This document shows positions 44,535 to 54,937 of a stretch of 64,000 nucleotides of DNA, one piece after another. Each line of letters starts with the position of its first letter. Positions within the stretch are counted from its first letter, which is position 1. Origin of the DNA: Luteimonas sp. (GTDB lineage: Bacteria > Pseudomonadota > Gammaproteobacteria > Xanthomonadales > Xanthomonadaceae). Below the pieces are notes generated by a model that saw nothing but the letters and a program-made list of their open reading frames with translations, had not been told where the DNA came from and ran no database searches. Location: the NCBI GenBank assembly GCA_041905645.1, contig JAYRKR010000001.1, positions 23,311 through 87,310 of the forward strand, in the 5' to 3' direction. The translations under genes and the position numbers were made by a program.

Positions 44535-45671
44535 ATGCCTCTTGCGCGCCTGAAACCCGTCCACTGGATCGCCGTGGCCGTGGCCCTGGTGCTGCTGGTC
44601 CTCGCGGTCTGGTGGCAGCGCCGCCCCGCGCCGCCCGATGCCGGCACCCAAGCCGCTGCGCCGGTCGCCGACGAACAGGGACGCGTGCGCCTGAGCGCCG
44701 AGCAGTTCAAGGCGCTCGGCATCGAGACCGTCGCGGCAAAAGCCGCCGAACGCGTGCCGGTTACCGGCCTGCCCGCCGAGGCGATGCCGCCGCACGCGGC
44801 CAGCACCCAGGTCACGGTGCCGTTCGCAGGCGTGGTGACGCGCGTGCTGGTGGACGAGGGCGAACGCGTCCGCCGCGGCCAGCCGCTGCTGCGCCTGCAG
44901 AGCCGCGATCTGATCGGCATGCAGGGCGATCTGGCCCGTGCCCGCACCGAAGCCGGCGTGGCCGCGCAGCAGGCGCAGCGCGATAGCGTGTTGGCGCAGG
45001 AAGGTATCATCCCCGCCGCACGGCGGGCAGAGAGCGCAGCGCGCGCGGCGACGGCCAGGATCAACCTGGACGAAGCGGGCGCGATGCTCTCGCAGCTGCG
45101 TCGCGTGCGCGGTGGCCTGCCGGGCGAATACGACATTCTCTCGCCGCAGGCCGGCCTGGTCCTGCGGCGCAACGTCACGCCCGGCAAGGCGATCGAGGCG
45201 ATGGCGCCGGCCTTCGTCATCGCCGGGACCGACGCGCTGGACATCCGGTTCAGCGTCCCGATCGCGCTGCGCGCGCAGCTTCGGCCCGGACTGCCCGTGC
45301 TCCTGCCCGGCGGTGCGCAAGGCCGCGTGGTCGCGGTCGGCGCCGATACCGACAGCGCCACCCAGACGCTGCGCGTGCGCGCCAGCGTCGAGTCGCCCGG
45401 CGGGCTGGTCGCAGGACAGCAGACCGAGGTCGCGCTGCAGCTGACTGCGCCGGCCGATGCGGTAGAAGTGCCGGTCGGCGCATTGCTGCCGCACGGCCAG
45501 CGTGAAGTGCTGTACGTGCTGGATGGCGGGACCCTGCGCGGCCTGGTCGTGGAGCGGCTGGGCGGCGATGCGGACATCGCCGTGGTGCGCGGCGATGGAC
45601 TGCGGCCGGGCATGCAGGTCGTGCGCAAGGGCGCCAGCGTGCTCAAGACGCTGGCGCCGCTCGCGGAATAG
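44535..45671 (+). CDS. Heavy-metal-type RND periplasmic adaptor (CzcB/CusB-like MFP)
   Basis: N-terminal TM helix and a barrel-sandwich hybrid region (GERVRRGQPLLRLQS). Sits directly upstream of the CzcA-like gene. Confidence 0.85.
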   Translation: MPLARLKPVHWIAVAVALVLLVLAVWWQRRPAPPDAGTQAAAPVADEQGRVRLSAEQFKALGIETVAAKAAERVPVTGLPAEAMPPHAASTQVTVPFAGVVTRVLVDEGERVRRGQPLLRLQSRDLIGMQGDLARARTEAGVAAQQAQRDSVLAQEGIIPAARRAESAARAATARINLDEAGAMLSQLRRVRGGLPGEYDILSPQAGLVLRRNVTPGKAIEAMAPAFVIAGTDALDIRFSVPIALRAQLRPGLPVLLPGGAQGRVVAVGADTDSATQTLRVRASVESPGGLVAGQQTEVALQLTAPADAVEVPVGALLPHGQREVLYVLDGGTLRGLVVERLGGDADIAVVRGDGLRPGMQVVRKGASVLKTLAPLAE

Positions 45672-45678
45672 CGCCGCC

Positions 45679-48600
45679 GTGCTCGCCCGCCTGATCGAAT
45701 TTTCCCTGCGCCAGCGCCTGCTGGTGCTGCTGATCGCCATCGCGGTCTCGGTCGCCGGTGCGCTGGCCTTCCTGCGGCTGCCGATCGACGCCTTTCCCGA
45801 CATCTCGCCGACCCAGGTGAAGATGATCCTGAAAGCGCCGGGCATGACCCCCGAGGAAGTGGAGTCGCGCGTCATTACCCCGCTGGAGATGGAGCTGCTT
45901 GGCGTGCCGAACGCGGCCATGCTGCGCTCCACCGCCAAGTACGCGATCGCCGACATTACCCTGGATTTCATCGATGGCACCGACATCTACTGGGCGCGAC
46001 AGCAGGTGGCCGAGCGCTTCGCCAACGTCGCGCCTGCGCTGCCGCCCGACGTCAGCGGCGGACTGGCGCCGATCTCCACGCCGCTGTCGGACGTGTACAT
46101 GTTTACCATCGAGGGCGGCGGCCTGAGCCTGCAGGAGCGTCGCAGCCTGCTCGACTGGACCCTGCGCCCGGCCCTGCGCACGATCCCGGGCGTGGCCGAC
46201 GTCAACGTGCTGGGCGGCGAGGCGAAGAGCTTCGTGGTCGTCCCCGATCGCGTCCGCCTCGCCGCCAACGGCCTGCATCTGCGCGACGTGGTGGACGCGC
46301 TGGAGCGCAACAATCGCAACGACGGCGCCGGCCGCCTGCGCACCGGCGAATCGGCGCTGATCGTGCGCGCCGAAGGCGCGCTGCAGACCCCGACCGACAT
46401 CGGCAACGTGGTGGTGAAATCCGGCGTGCAGCCGCTCCGCATCCGCGACATCGCCCAAGTCCGCATCGAGGCATTGACCCGCTACGGCGCGGTCACGCGC
46501 GACGGCGGCGAGGAAGCGGTCCAGGGTATCGTGGTGGCGCTGCGCGGCGCCGACGCCTCGCGGCTGGTCGACAGCGTCGAGGCGCGGTTGCAGGAGATGC
46601 AGGCCGCACTCCCGGCGGGCGTTGCGATCGTGCCGTTCTACAACCGCAGCGCGCTGATCGAGCGCGCGGTCGGTACGGTGAAGAGTGCGCTGATCGAAGC
46701 TACGGTGCTGGTGGTCATCCTGCTGCTGCTGTTCCTGGGCAACCTGCGCGCGGCGATCGTGGTGGCCCTGATCCTGCCGTTCGCGGTGCTGTCAACCTTC
46801 CTGCTGATGCGGCTGGCCGGGCAGAGCGCCAACCTGATGAGCCTGGGCGGCCTGGCCATCGCCATCGGCCTGCTGGTCGATGCGGCCGTGGTGGTGGTGG
46901 AAAACACCGTCACCCGGCTCGATCCGGAGGCGCCCGGCGCCCACCTGCCGCGCCTGCATCGCATCTACGCGGCGACGCGTGAAGTCGCCACGCCGGTCGC
47001 AGCGGGCATGCTCATCATCGCGCTGACCTTCCTGCCGCTGCTCACCCTGCAGGGACTGGAAGGCAAGCTGTTTGCGCCGGTGGCGCTGACGATCGTGTTC
47101 GCGCTGGTGGCATCGCTGGTGGCTTCGCTCACGTTCGTGCCGGTGATGGCCTCCTATCTGATGAAGTCGCACGCGCACAGCGAGCCCTGGCTGATGCGCA
47201 AGATCGACGCCGCCTACCGCCCGCTGCTGGACAAGGCGCTGGCCAGGCCCGCCTACGTCATGGTCGCCAGCGTGCTGGCGCTGGCGCTGGGCGACGTCGC
47301 CTATCTGGGCACCGGCAAGAGCTTCATGCCGACGATGGACGAGGGCGACGTGTTGATCCAGCTGATGAAGTCGCCTTCGATTTCGCTGGAGCGTTCGACC
47401 GAACTCGACCTGGCCGTGGAGCGCGCGATCATGGCCGACATCCCCGAGGTCGAGCACATCGTCTCGCGCGTGGGCTCGGACGAACTCGGCCTCGACCCGA
47501 TGGGCCTGAACGAGACCGACATGTTCCTGCAGCTCGGGCCCAAGGACCAGTGGCGGGTGCGCGACAAGGCTTGGCTGACCGGCGAGCTCCGCACGGTGCT
47601 CGAGCGCTTTCCCGGCATCGAGTACGGCTTCACGCAGCCGATCGAGATGCGCGTCTCGGAGATGCTCACCGGCAGCCGCGGCGATCTTGCGGTCAAGATT
47701 TTTGGCGCCGATCTCGAAACCCTGGGCGGGCTCGCCCAGCGCATCGCCGCGGAACTGAAGGGGATCGAGGGCGCGCAGGACGTGCTGACCCAGACCACCG
47801 AAGGCGTGGACTACCTGACGGTGGACATCGACGCGGTGGCAGCGGGCAGGCAGGGCCTGGCGGTAGCCGACGTGCAGGACGAGCTGCGTGCGCAGCTGGA
47901 AGGCGTCAACGCCGGCCTGGTGATCGAGCCCCACCGCCGCACCCCGATCCTGGTTCGCGGCGGCGATGAGATCCGCCTGTCCGCCGAGCGCTTCTCGCGA
48001 CTGCGAATCAGCCGGCCCGATGGCGGCGAAGTGCCCCTGTCGAGCATCGCCCGCATCGTGCCGGGCAGCGGTCCGGTGAAGGTCGGCCGCGAGCACGGGT
48101 CGCGCTATGCACTGGTACAGGCCAACGTGGACGCACGCGACCTGGTGGGCTTCGTCGAGGAAGCAAAGGCCGCGGTCGCCCGGAACATCGTACTGCCGGC
48201 CGGCTACCGCCTGCAGTGGGGCGGCCAGTTCGAGAACCAGCAGCGTGCGGCGGCGCGGCTGGCCCTGGTTGTGCCGGTGGCGCTGGCGTTGATCTTCGTG
48301 GTGCTGTTTATGACCTTCGGCTCGGTGCGCCAGGCGCTGCTGGTGATTTTCAACATCCCGTTCGCGCTGGTCGGCGGGATGGTCGCGCTGTGGCTTTCGG
48401 GGGAATACCTGTCGGTGCCGGCTTCGGTCGGCTTCATCGCCCTGCTCGGCATCGCGGTCTTGAACGGGCTGGTGCTGGTCACCCGCTTCAACCAGCTGCA
48501 CGACCAAGGCCTGGATATCACCTCTGTGGTGCGCGAAGGCGCGCTGCGGCGCGTGCGCCCGGTGCTGATGACCGCAAACATCGCCGCATTCGGCCTCGTA

Positions 48601-48771
48601 CCGCTGCTGCTGGCCACCGGCCCGGGTTCGGAAATCCAGCGGCCGCTCGCCATCGTGGTGATCGGCGGGCTGGTCAGCGCCACCGCGCTCACCCTGCTGC
48701 TGATGCCGCTGCTCTACCGCCGCTACGGCCTGCCGCCGGCGATCGATTCCGACCGGAGCGTACCGACATGA
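45679..48771 (+). CDS. CzcA/CusA-family heavy-metal efflux RND permease
   Basis: VLARLIEFSLRQRLLVLL...PIDAFPDISPTQVKMILKAPGMTPEEVE is the HME-RND hallmark N-terminus. About 1030 aa. GTG start. Confidence 0.9.
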   Translation: MLARLIEFSLRQRLLVLLIAIAVSVAGALAFLRLPIDAFPDISPTQVKMILKAPGMTPEEVESRVITPLEMELLGVPNAAMLRSTAKYAIADITLDFIDGTDIYWARQQVAERFANVAPALPPDVSGGLAPISTPLSDVYMFTIEGGGLSLQERRSLLDWTLRPALRTIPGVADVNVLGGEAKSFVVVPDRVRLAANGLHLRDVVDALERNNRNDGAGRLRTGESALIVRAEGALQTPTDIGNVVVKSGVQPLRIRDIAQVRIEALTRYGAVTRDGGEEAVQGIVVALRGADASRLVDSVEARLQEMQAALPAGVAIVPFYNRSALIERAVGTVKSALIEATVLVVILLLLFLGNLRAAIVVALILPFAVLSTFLLMRLAGQSANLMSLGGLAIAIGLLVDAAVVVVENTVTRLDPEAPGAHLPRLHRIYAATREVATPVAAGMLIIALTFLPLLTLQGLEGKLFAPVALTIVFALVASLVASLTFVPVMASYLMKSHAHSEPWLMRKIDAAYRPLLDKALARPAYVMVASVLALALGDVAYLGTGKSFMPTMDEGDVLIQLMKSPSISLERSTELDLAVERAIMADIPEVEHIVSRVGSDELGLDPMGLNETDMFLQLGPKDQWRVRDKAWLTGELRTVLERFPGIEYGFTQPIEMRVSEMLTGSRGDLAVKIFGADLETLGGLAQRIAAELKGIEGAQDVLTQTTEGVDYLTVDIDAVAAGRQGLAVADVQDELRAQLEGVNAGLVIEPHRRTPILVRGGDEIRLSAERFSRLRISRPDGGEVPLSSIARIVPGSGPVKVGREHGSRYALVQANVDARDLVGFVEEAKAAVARNIVLPAGYRLQWGGQFENQQRAAARLALVVPVALALIFVVLFMTFGSVRQALLVIFNIPFALVGGMVALWLSGEYLSVPASVGFIALLGIAVLNGLVLVTRFNQLHDQGLDITSVVREGALRRVRPVLMTANIAAFGLVPLLLATGPGSEIQRPLAIVVIGGLVSATALTLLLMPLLYRRYGLPPAIDSDRSVPT

Positions 48772-49073
48772 GCGAGTGGATCCGCATGAACCTGGTGTTC
48801 CCGCCGCAGCTGGAAACGCCCATCACCGAAGCGTTGAGCGCCGACCCCCGGATGCCTGGCTTCACCCTGCTCAATGCCGAGGGGCACACCAGCGATTTCG
48901 ACGGGGCCTCCGACGCCGAGCGCGTGCGCGGGCGCGTGTCGCGGCGACTGTTGTGGCTGGTGATTCCGGCCGAGATGAAGGACGACGTGCTGCAGCTCAT
49001 GCGCGCGCATGTGGATTCCCGCGACCTGCGCTGGTGGACCGAAGCCGTGCTGGACATCGGGAGGCTGGGATGA
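48768..49073 (+). CDS. DUF3240-family protein
   Basis: 101 aa. MSEWIRMNLVFPPQLETPITEAL... The start overlaps the czcA stop and its stop overlaps the next start. The family assignment is from memory of czc-associated small proteins. Confidence 0.6.
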   Translation: MSEWIRMNLVFPPQLETPITEALSADPRMPGFTLLNAEGHTSDFDGASDAERVRGRVSRRLLWLVIPAEMKDDVLQLMRAHVDSRDLRWWTEAVLDIGRLG

Positions 49074-50305
49074 AGCCGATCGCGTGCATCGCATTGTGGT
49101 GGGCCTTGGTCGCTCCGGGCGCGCAGGCGCAGGACTGGCTGCCCGAGCCCGCGCTGGCAAACGCGGCCATCGCTGCGCAGCCGGCCGTGCGCGCGTCGAT
49201 GAGCCGCGTCGATTCCGCCGGAGCCCAAGCGCGCGCCCGTGCAGTCGGTCCGCACGAATTCGAGATGAGCGCGATTCCGCAGGTGCGCCACGCCGATGCC
49301 GACGGAGGCACTCGTCGCTACGACGAGTTCGAAGCGCAGATCGGCCGCGCGTTCCGCTGGCCCGGCAAGGTGACGCTGGACAGGCAGATCGGCGAGCACG
49401 GCCTCAGCGCCGCCGAGCTGCGGCTGAACGACGCCCGTCATCAGGCCGCGCGCACCCTGCTCGAACGCTGGATCGGCTGGCTGCGCGCCAGCGAACGCGC
49501 CGACCAGGCCGGCACGCAGGCCGCTTCGCTGGCTCGCGAACGCACCGCGCTCGCGCGCCGCGTGCAGCTGGGCGACGCCGCGCAGAAAGACCTCGACCTG
49601 CTGGATGTCGAACTGGCGCAGTCGGAGACCGCGCGCCTTGCCGCACAGGGCGCGCTGGCCGACGCGCGCGCCGCGCTTGCCAACGACTTCCCCACCCTGC
49701 CGCTGCCCGAACGGGCGCCGCAAATGGGCGAACCGCACGAAATGCAGGAATCGCCGGACATCTGGATCAAGCGCATCATCCAGCGCAGCCACGAGATCGC
49801 GGCCATCGAGGCCGATGCCGCGCAGGCTGACGCGCTCGCCGCCCGCGCCCGCGCCGACCGCCTGCCCGACCCGACGCTCGGCCTGCGCGTTATGAACGAC
49901 CGCGGCGGCGCCGAACGCGCCATCGGACTGGTCTTCACGATGCCGATCGGCGGCCGCCGTCGCGCCGCGCTGGCCGATGCCGAAGGCGCCAACGCCGCCG
50001 CCCTGCACGGCGACGCGGCAGCCATGCGCCGCGACATCCAGCGCGAAGCGGAACAGACGGTGCGCATGGTCGAACAAGCCCGAAGCCAGTGGCTGGCGCA
50101 GCAGCGCGCCCTGGCTGCCAGCAGCGCGGCCAGCCGCCGCATCCGTCGGGGCTGGGAACTGGGCGAGCTCCCGCTCTCCGACTGGCTGCTCGCCGAACGT
50201 ATGCACCGGCAGATCGCTTTCGCCGAAGCCTCCGCACGCGCTGACGCCGAGCAGGCCCGCCTGCGCGTGCTGGTGGACAGTCACGATCTGTGGCACGGCG
50301 AATAG
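49070..50305 (+). CDS. TolC/CzcC-family outer-membrane efflux protein
   Basis: Signal peptide MKPIACIALWWALVAPGAQA. Ala/Arg-rich coiled-coil repeats typical of CzcC-like OMFs. 411 aa. Confidence 0.75.
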   Translation: MKPIACIALWWALVAPGAQAQDWLPEPALANAAIAAQPAVRASMSRVDSAGAQARARAVGPHEFEMSAIPQVRHADADGGTRRYDEFEAQIGRAFRWPGKVTLDRQIGEHGLSAAELRLNDARHQAARTLLERWIGWLRASERADQAGTQAASLARERTALARRVQLGDAAQKDLDLLDVELAQSETARLAAQGALADARAALANDFPTLPLPERAPQMGEPHEMQESPDIWIKRIIQRSHEIAAIEADAAQADALAARARADRLPDPTLGLRVMNDRGGAERAIGLVFTMPIGGRRRAALADAEGANAAALHGDAAAMRRDIQREAEQTVRMVEQARSQWLAQQRALAASSAASRRIRRGWELGELPLSDWLLAERMHRQIAFAEASARADAEQARLRVLVDSHDLWHGE

Positions 50306-50363
50306 GTCCAGGCGGACGCATGACAGCGTGCCATTCGCGCGCCGTTTGCCGACCGACTGCGGC

Positions 50364-50753
50364 TCAGAGCGACTCGATCACGCGCTTGAGCCGGTCGCGC
50401 ACATCCGCGGCCACGCCGGCAAGCCGTGGATTGTCGACCGCCTGCATCGACGCCACCGGATCGACCGCGGCGACCTCGACCTCGCCGTTGTCGCGCTGCT
50501 GGACGATGACGTTGCACGGCAGCATCGTGCCGATCCTGTCCTCGGCCTGCAGCGCTTGCCAGGCCATCGACGGATTACAGGCGCCGAGGATGCGGTAGTC
50601 GCGGAAATCCTTGTCGAGTTTCTTTTTCATCGTCGCCTTGACGTCGATCTCGGTCAGGATGCCGAAGCCCTCCTCTTTCAGGGCATCGGTCGCCCGCGCG
50701 ATCGCGTCGTCGAAACTGGTGCCCGGCAATGTCCGGGAAAAGTAGTAGCTCAT
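50364..50753 (-). CDS. DUF302 domain protein
   Basis: 129 aa. EEGFGILTEIDVKATMKKKL...ILGACNP is the DUF302 signature. Confidence 0.85.
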   Translation of the reverse strand: MSYYFSRTLPGTSFDDAIARATDALKEEGFGILTEIDVKATMKKKLDKDFRDYRILGACNPSMAWQALQAEDRIGTMLPCNVIVQQRDNGEVEVAAVDPVASMQAVDNPRLAGVAADVRDRLKRVIESL

Positions 50754-50798
50754 GGTCGACTCCTTGGTTGGCCGAAAATGTTGGATCGTCGAGAACGA

Positions 50799-52193
50799 TC
50801 AGTGGGCGGATGCCTGCAGGTCCGGCGCCACGGTTCGATGGCCTCGGGCTTCCCAGGCGTCCATCGACCCGAGGAACACGTCCAACTCGCGGAAACCGGC
50901 GCGCAGCAGCACCGAGGCAGCGATCGTCGCCCTTGCGCCGCTGGCGCACATGACCGTATAACGCCGGTCGCGAGCAAGGCCATCGAGTCGCCCCGGCAGT
51001 TCGCCGACGTAGACGTGCTGCGAACCCTCGACCACGCCGCTCTGGATCTCGGAGCGGCTGCGTACGTCGAGCAGCGTCCAGTCCTGTGGCGGGTCGGCGA
51101 CACGCCGCGCGACTTCGTCGACATCGACCGCGGTGACCGACCGGAAGGCGCGCGCCTCCATCGCCCAACCGGTGATGGCGGCGGCGAGAAATCCGCTTGT
51201 CCGGTCGTAGCCGATGCGCGCCAGATGGCGGGCCGCGATTTCGGCCTGCGCGGCATCCTGCGCCACCAGGACGAGGTCGCACTCGGGATCGAACAGCCAT
51301 CCGGCGAATGCCGGCACCATATCCTCGGGAAGGGAGAGGCTGCCGGGCACGTGCGCGCCGAGAAAAGCGCCGATGCCGCGCACATCGACGATATCCGCGT
51401 CCTGGACGGCCTCGGAAAACGCCTCAATATCCAGTGCACGCGGTGCCAGCACGCGGGCGGCCGGCGTTGCGCCCTGGAGGTTGAGTCGCTCCATCCGCCG
51501 GAAGTATGGCGGCTGTTCGTGGTGTTCGGCCAGCTTGCGCGCGATGAATGCGTCGCGATCGTCGATCTGCAGCATCGGGTTGTTGCGGCGCTCGTAGCCG
51601 ATCGTCGAGAACTCTCGGTCGGCCATGTCGTCTCCGCAGACCGATCCGGCGCCATGCGCCGGATAGACGATCGCCTGATCCCCGAGCCGCATCAGCTTGC
51701 GCAGGCTGTCGAACAACAGTCCGGCCACTTCTTCCGCGCGGTCGGGATAGAAATCGGTGCGGCCGACATCGCCGATGAACAGCGCATCGCCGGTGAAGAC
51801 GCCGACCGCCTGGTCGCCGAACCCGGAATCGTAGATCGCATAGGACAGGCTGTCGTCAGTATGGCCCGGCGTCTCCAGCACTTCTATCCGCATCGCGCCA
51901 AGCACGAAGGCATCGCCTTCGCGGACGGTTCTGGCATAGACGACTTCGCCGTCCGCGTTCGGCCCGTGGTGCACGCTCGCGCCGGTGAGGCTGGCCAGAA
52001 CCGGCGCGCCCGACACCAGGTCCTCGTTGCGATGCGTCTCCAGGACGTGAGTGATCCGGCAGCCGGCCGCGGCGGCCTTCTCGACGTAGATCTCGCAGTC
52101 GCGGCGCGGGTCGATCACCGCGGCTTGGCCGCCATCGCCGATCAACCAGGACAGATGGGCCAGGCCCTCGGACTTGATTTTCTCGATGAACAT
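50799..52193 (-). CDS. MBL-fold persulfide-dioxygenase-like protein fused to two rhodanese domains (CstB-like)
   Basis: MFIEKIKSEGLAHLSWLIGD...LETHRNEDLVSG...TPGHTDDS (ETHE1-like metal site). The C-terminal rhodanese carries the active-site loop CASGARA. 464 aa. Confidence 0.8.
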   Translation of the reverse strand: MFIEKIKSEGLAHLSWLIGDGGQAAVIDPRRDCEIYVEKAAAAGCRITHVLETHRNEDLVSGAPVLASLTGASVHHGPNADGEVVYARTVREGDAFVLGAMRIEVLETPGHTDDSLSYAIYDSGFGDQAVGVFTGDALFIGDVGRTDFYPDRAEEVAGLLFDSLRKLMRLGDQAIVYPAHGAGSVCGDDMADREFSTIGYERRNNPMLQIDDRDAFIARKLAEHHEQPPYFRRMERLNLQGATPAARVLAPRALDIEAFSEAVQDADIVDVRGIGAFLGAHVPGSLSLPEDMVPAFAGWLFDPECDLVLVAQDAAQAEIAARHLARIGYDRTSGFLAAAITGWAMEARAFRSVTAVDVDEVARRVADPPQDWTLLDVRSRSEIQSGVVEGSQHVYVGELPGRLDGLARDRRYTVMCASGARATIAASVLLRAGFRELDVFLGSMDAWEARGHRTVAPDLQASAH

Positions 52194-52344
52194 GCGCTTG
52201 GCGGAACCTCGCGGGTGCGAAAATGACGGTGCAATCAAGCCACATGCTGCGTACAGGTGCGGTGAACTGCGGCGATGCCGGTCATACTGTCCGCGAAACC
52301 CGCGAACGCCGGAACGGAGAACGTCCAATGCGCGCGACCGACGC

Positions 52345-54921
52345 ATGCCCGGATCGATGAAACCCGCGCCCGACCGCCTCGATCCCGCTCCCGGGCCTGC
52401 GGGTTCGCGAACGCTGCCGGGCCTGAGCTCATCGCAGGCCGCCGAGCGACTGGCGCGCGACGGCCCCAACGTGCTGCCGCAGGCCGAACGACGCCGCTTC
52501 TGGCAGGTCATCGTCAAGGTCCTGCGCGAGCCGATGCTGTTGTTGCTGCTGTTCGCAGCCGCGGTCTACCTGCTTCTTGGCGACACAAGCGAAGCCTTGA
52601 TCCTCGGCGCCTCGGTCCTGCTGGTGATCGGGCTGACGCTCTACCAGGAGCAGAAATCCGAAAATGCGCTGCAGGCGCTGCGCGACCTGAGCAGCCCGCG
52701 CGCGCAGGTCGTGCGCGACGGGAAGCCCAAGATGGTTGCGGCGAGCGAGCTGGTCGTCGGCGACACGATCGTGGTGACGGAAGGCGACCGCGTGCCCGCC
52801 GACGCGCGCGTGCTCGAGGAGATCGACCTGCACCTGGACGAATCCCTGCTGTCGGGCGAGTCGGTTCCGGTCCGCCGCGGCGTATCGCTCGACGCGGACG
52901 AGGACGGCTTGCTGCGCGCCAGCACGCTGGTGGCCCGCGGGCACGGCAAGGCCGAAGTGGTCGCCACCGGGCCGCATACCGCCATCGGCCGCATCGGCAC
53001 GGCCATGCGCGCCATCGGGATCGAAACCACGCCGATGCAGCATGAAGTGCGCCGGCTGGTGGTGCTGTTCTCCTTGCTCGCGCTGCTCGCATGCGTCGCG
53101 GTGACGGTGCTCCATTACCTGACCCGAGGCGGCTGGCTGGACGCGCTGCTGGCCGGGCTCACGCTGGCGATGGCGACCATTCCCGAGGAGTTTCCGGTGG
53201 TGCTGACCGTCTTCCTCGCCCTGGGCGCCTGGCGAATGGCGCAGCAGGCGGCATTGGTGCGACGGATCCCCGCGATCGAAGCGCTGGGCGCGACGACCGT
53301 TCTGTGCACCGACAAGACCGGCACCCTGACCGAGAACCGCATGGCCGTGGCCGAGCTGGCCGACGACGACCGCGGCGGCCGGCCCGGCGAGGCGTCGCCG
53401 CCCGAACTGCGCGACCTGCTGGGGATCGCCGACATGGCCTCCCCGGACCTGACCCACGATCCGATGGAGCGCGCGCTGCATGACGCGGCCGCGCAGCTGG
53501 GCCTTGATCATGCCCGATGGCGCCACGTCCACGAGTATCCGTTTTCGGCCGAGCGCCCTGCCGTGGCCCACGCGTGGTCGTACCAGGATCAACTGCTCGT
53601 CGCCTGCAAGGGAGCGCCGGAAACCGTTGCCGACCTGTGCGGATTATCGGGCGCGCGGCGCGCCGAGGCGCTCGCCAAGGTGGATGCGATGGCGCGCCGG
53701 GGGCTGCGGGTGCTCGGCGTCGCCTCGTGGCTCTCGACGAACCCCGCCACGCACCGAACGGACCTGCCGGCGGAGATGCAGGACCTGCACCTGGCCTGGC
53801 GCGGGCTCGTCGGCTTCGTCGATCCGCTTCGCGAAGGCGTGCTCGACGCGGTGGCCGAAGCGCGGGCCGCGGGCATCCGCGTGATGATGCTGACCGGCGA
53901 CCACGTCGAAACCGCGCGCGCCATCGCGGACGACGCGGGAATCGCCGATCGCGGCCCGGTCGTGCTCGGCTCCGAACTGGACGCGCTGGACGACGACGCG
54001 CTGGCCCGGCGCTACGCCCGGACCAACGTGTTCGCCCGCGTGCACCCGGAGCACAAGCTGCGCCTGGTAAACCTGCTCAAACGCGCCGGCCAGGTCGTGG
54101 CGATGACCGGGGATGGCGTCAACGACGCGCCGGCGCTGATGGCCGCCCACGTCGGCATCGCGATGGGAGGGCGCGGCACCGACGTGGCGCGCGAGGCGGC
54201 GGCGATCGTGCTGCTGGACGACAACTTCGTGACCGTGGTGCGCGCGGTCCGGCTCGGGCGCACGATCTACGACAACATCCGGCGCGTGATGCACTACATC
54301 CTGGCCGTGCACGTGCCGATCACCGGGCTCGCGCTGCTGCCGCTGCTGACCGGCGGGCCGCTGGTGCTGATGCCGCTGCACGTGGTGTTCATGGAGCTGA
54401 TCATCGACCCCGCCTGTTCGCTCATCTTCGAGCGCGAACCCGCCGTGGCCGGCATCATGCGCCGGCCGCCGCGGCCCCCGACGCAGCGCCTGCTCGGCTT
54501 GCGCAGCATGTCGGCCAGCCTTGCGCAGGGCGCCGCCATGTTCGCCGTCGTGGCCCTGGCGTACGCGCTGGGCAACATGCGCGGGTTGCCGGCGACGCAG
54601 ACCGGCGCCATCGCATTCACCGCGCTGGTCGCCGGCAACATCGGCCTGATCCTGCTGTACCGCACGGGCACGTCACTCTGGAATTCATTGCGTCAGCGCA
54701 ACGTAGCGTTCTGGATCATAAGCCTCGTCGCCCTTGCATTGCTGGTGATCGTGACCCGGTTCGATCTGCCGGCGCTGTGGTTCGGCTTCACGCCGCCGCC
54801 GCTCGGGCTGTGGCTGCTCGCCTTGCTGTCGCCGCTCCTGGCCGCGGCCGTGCTCGCTTCCTTGCAGCACAGACTCAGGCCCGCCGCCGTGCGCGGCGAT
54901 ACCGGATCGGCGGCGGTGTAG
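52345..54921 (+). CDS. Cation-transporting P-type ATPase (type II, Ca2+/Mg2+-like)
   Basis: [13 protein letters not shown] phosphorylation site, [12 protein letters not shown] hinge, and TGES-like LSGESVPV. The start could be 52345 or 52357. Confidence 0.9.
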   Translation: MPGSMKPAPDRLDPAPGPAGSRTLPGLSSSQAAERLARDGPNVLPQAERRRFWQVIVKVLREPMLLLLLFAAAVYLLLGDTSEALILGASVLLVIGLTLYQEQKSENALQALRDLSSPRAQVVRDGKPKMVAASELVVGDTIVVTEGDRVPADARVLEEIDLHLDESLLSGESVPVRRGVSLDADEDGLLRASTLVARGHGKAEVVATGPHTAIGRIGTAMRAIGIETTPMQHEVRRLVVLFSLLALLACVAVTVLHYLTRGGWLDALLAGLTLAMATIPEEFPVVLTVFLALGAWRMAQQAALVRRIPAIEALGATTVLCTDKTGTLTENRMAVAELADDDRGGRPGEASPPELRDLLGIADMASPDLTHDPMERALHDAAAQLGLDHARWRHVHEYPFSAERPAVAHAWSYQDQLLVACKGAPETVADLCGLSGARRAEALAKVDAMARRGLRVLGVASWLSTNPATHRTDLPAEMQDLHLAWRGLVGFVDPLREGVLDAVAEARAAGIRVMMLTGDHVETARAIADDAGIADRGPVVLGSELDALDDDALARRYARTNVFARVHPEHKLRLVNLLKRAGQVVAMTGDGVNDAPALMAAHVGIAMGGRGTDVAREAAAIVLLDDNFVTVVRAVRLGRTIYDNIRRVMHYILAVHVPITGLALLPLLTGGPLVLMPLHVVFMELIIDPACSLIFEREPAVAGIMRRPPRPPTQRLLGLRSMSASLAQGAAMFAVVALAYALGNMRGLPATQTGAIAFTALVAGNIGLILLYRTGTSLWNSLRQRNVAFWIISLVALALLVIVTRFDLPALWFGFTPPPLGLWLLALLSPLLAAAVLASLQHRLRPAAVRGDTGSAAV

Positions 54922-54937
54922 CGCCCGCCGCGCATGC

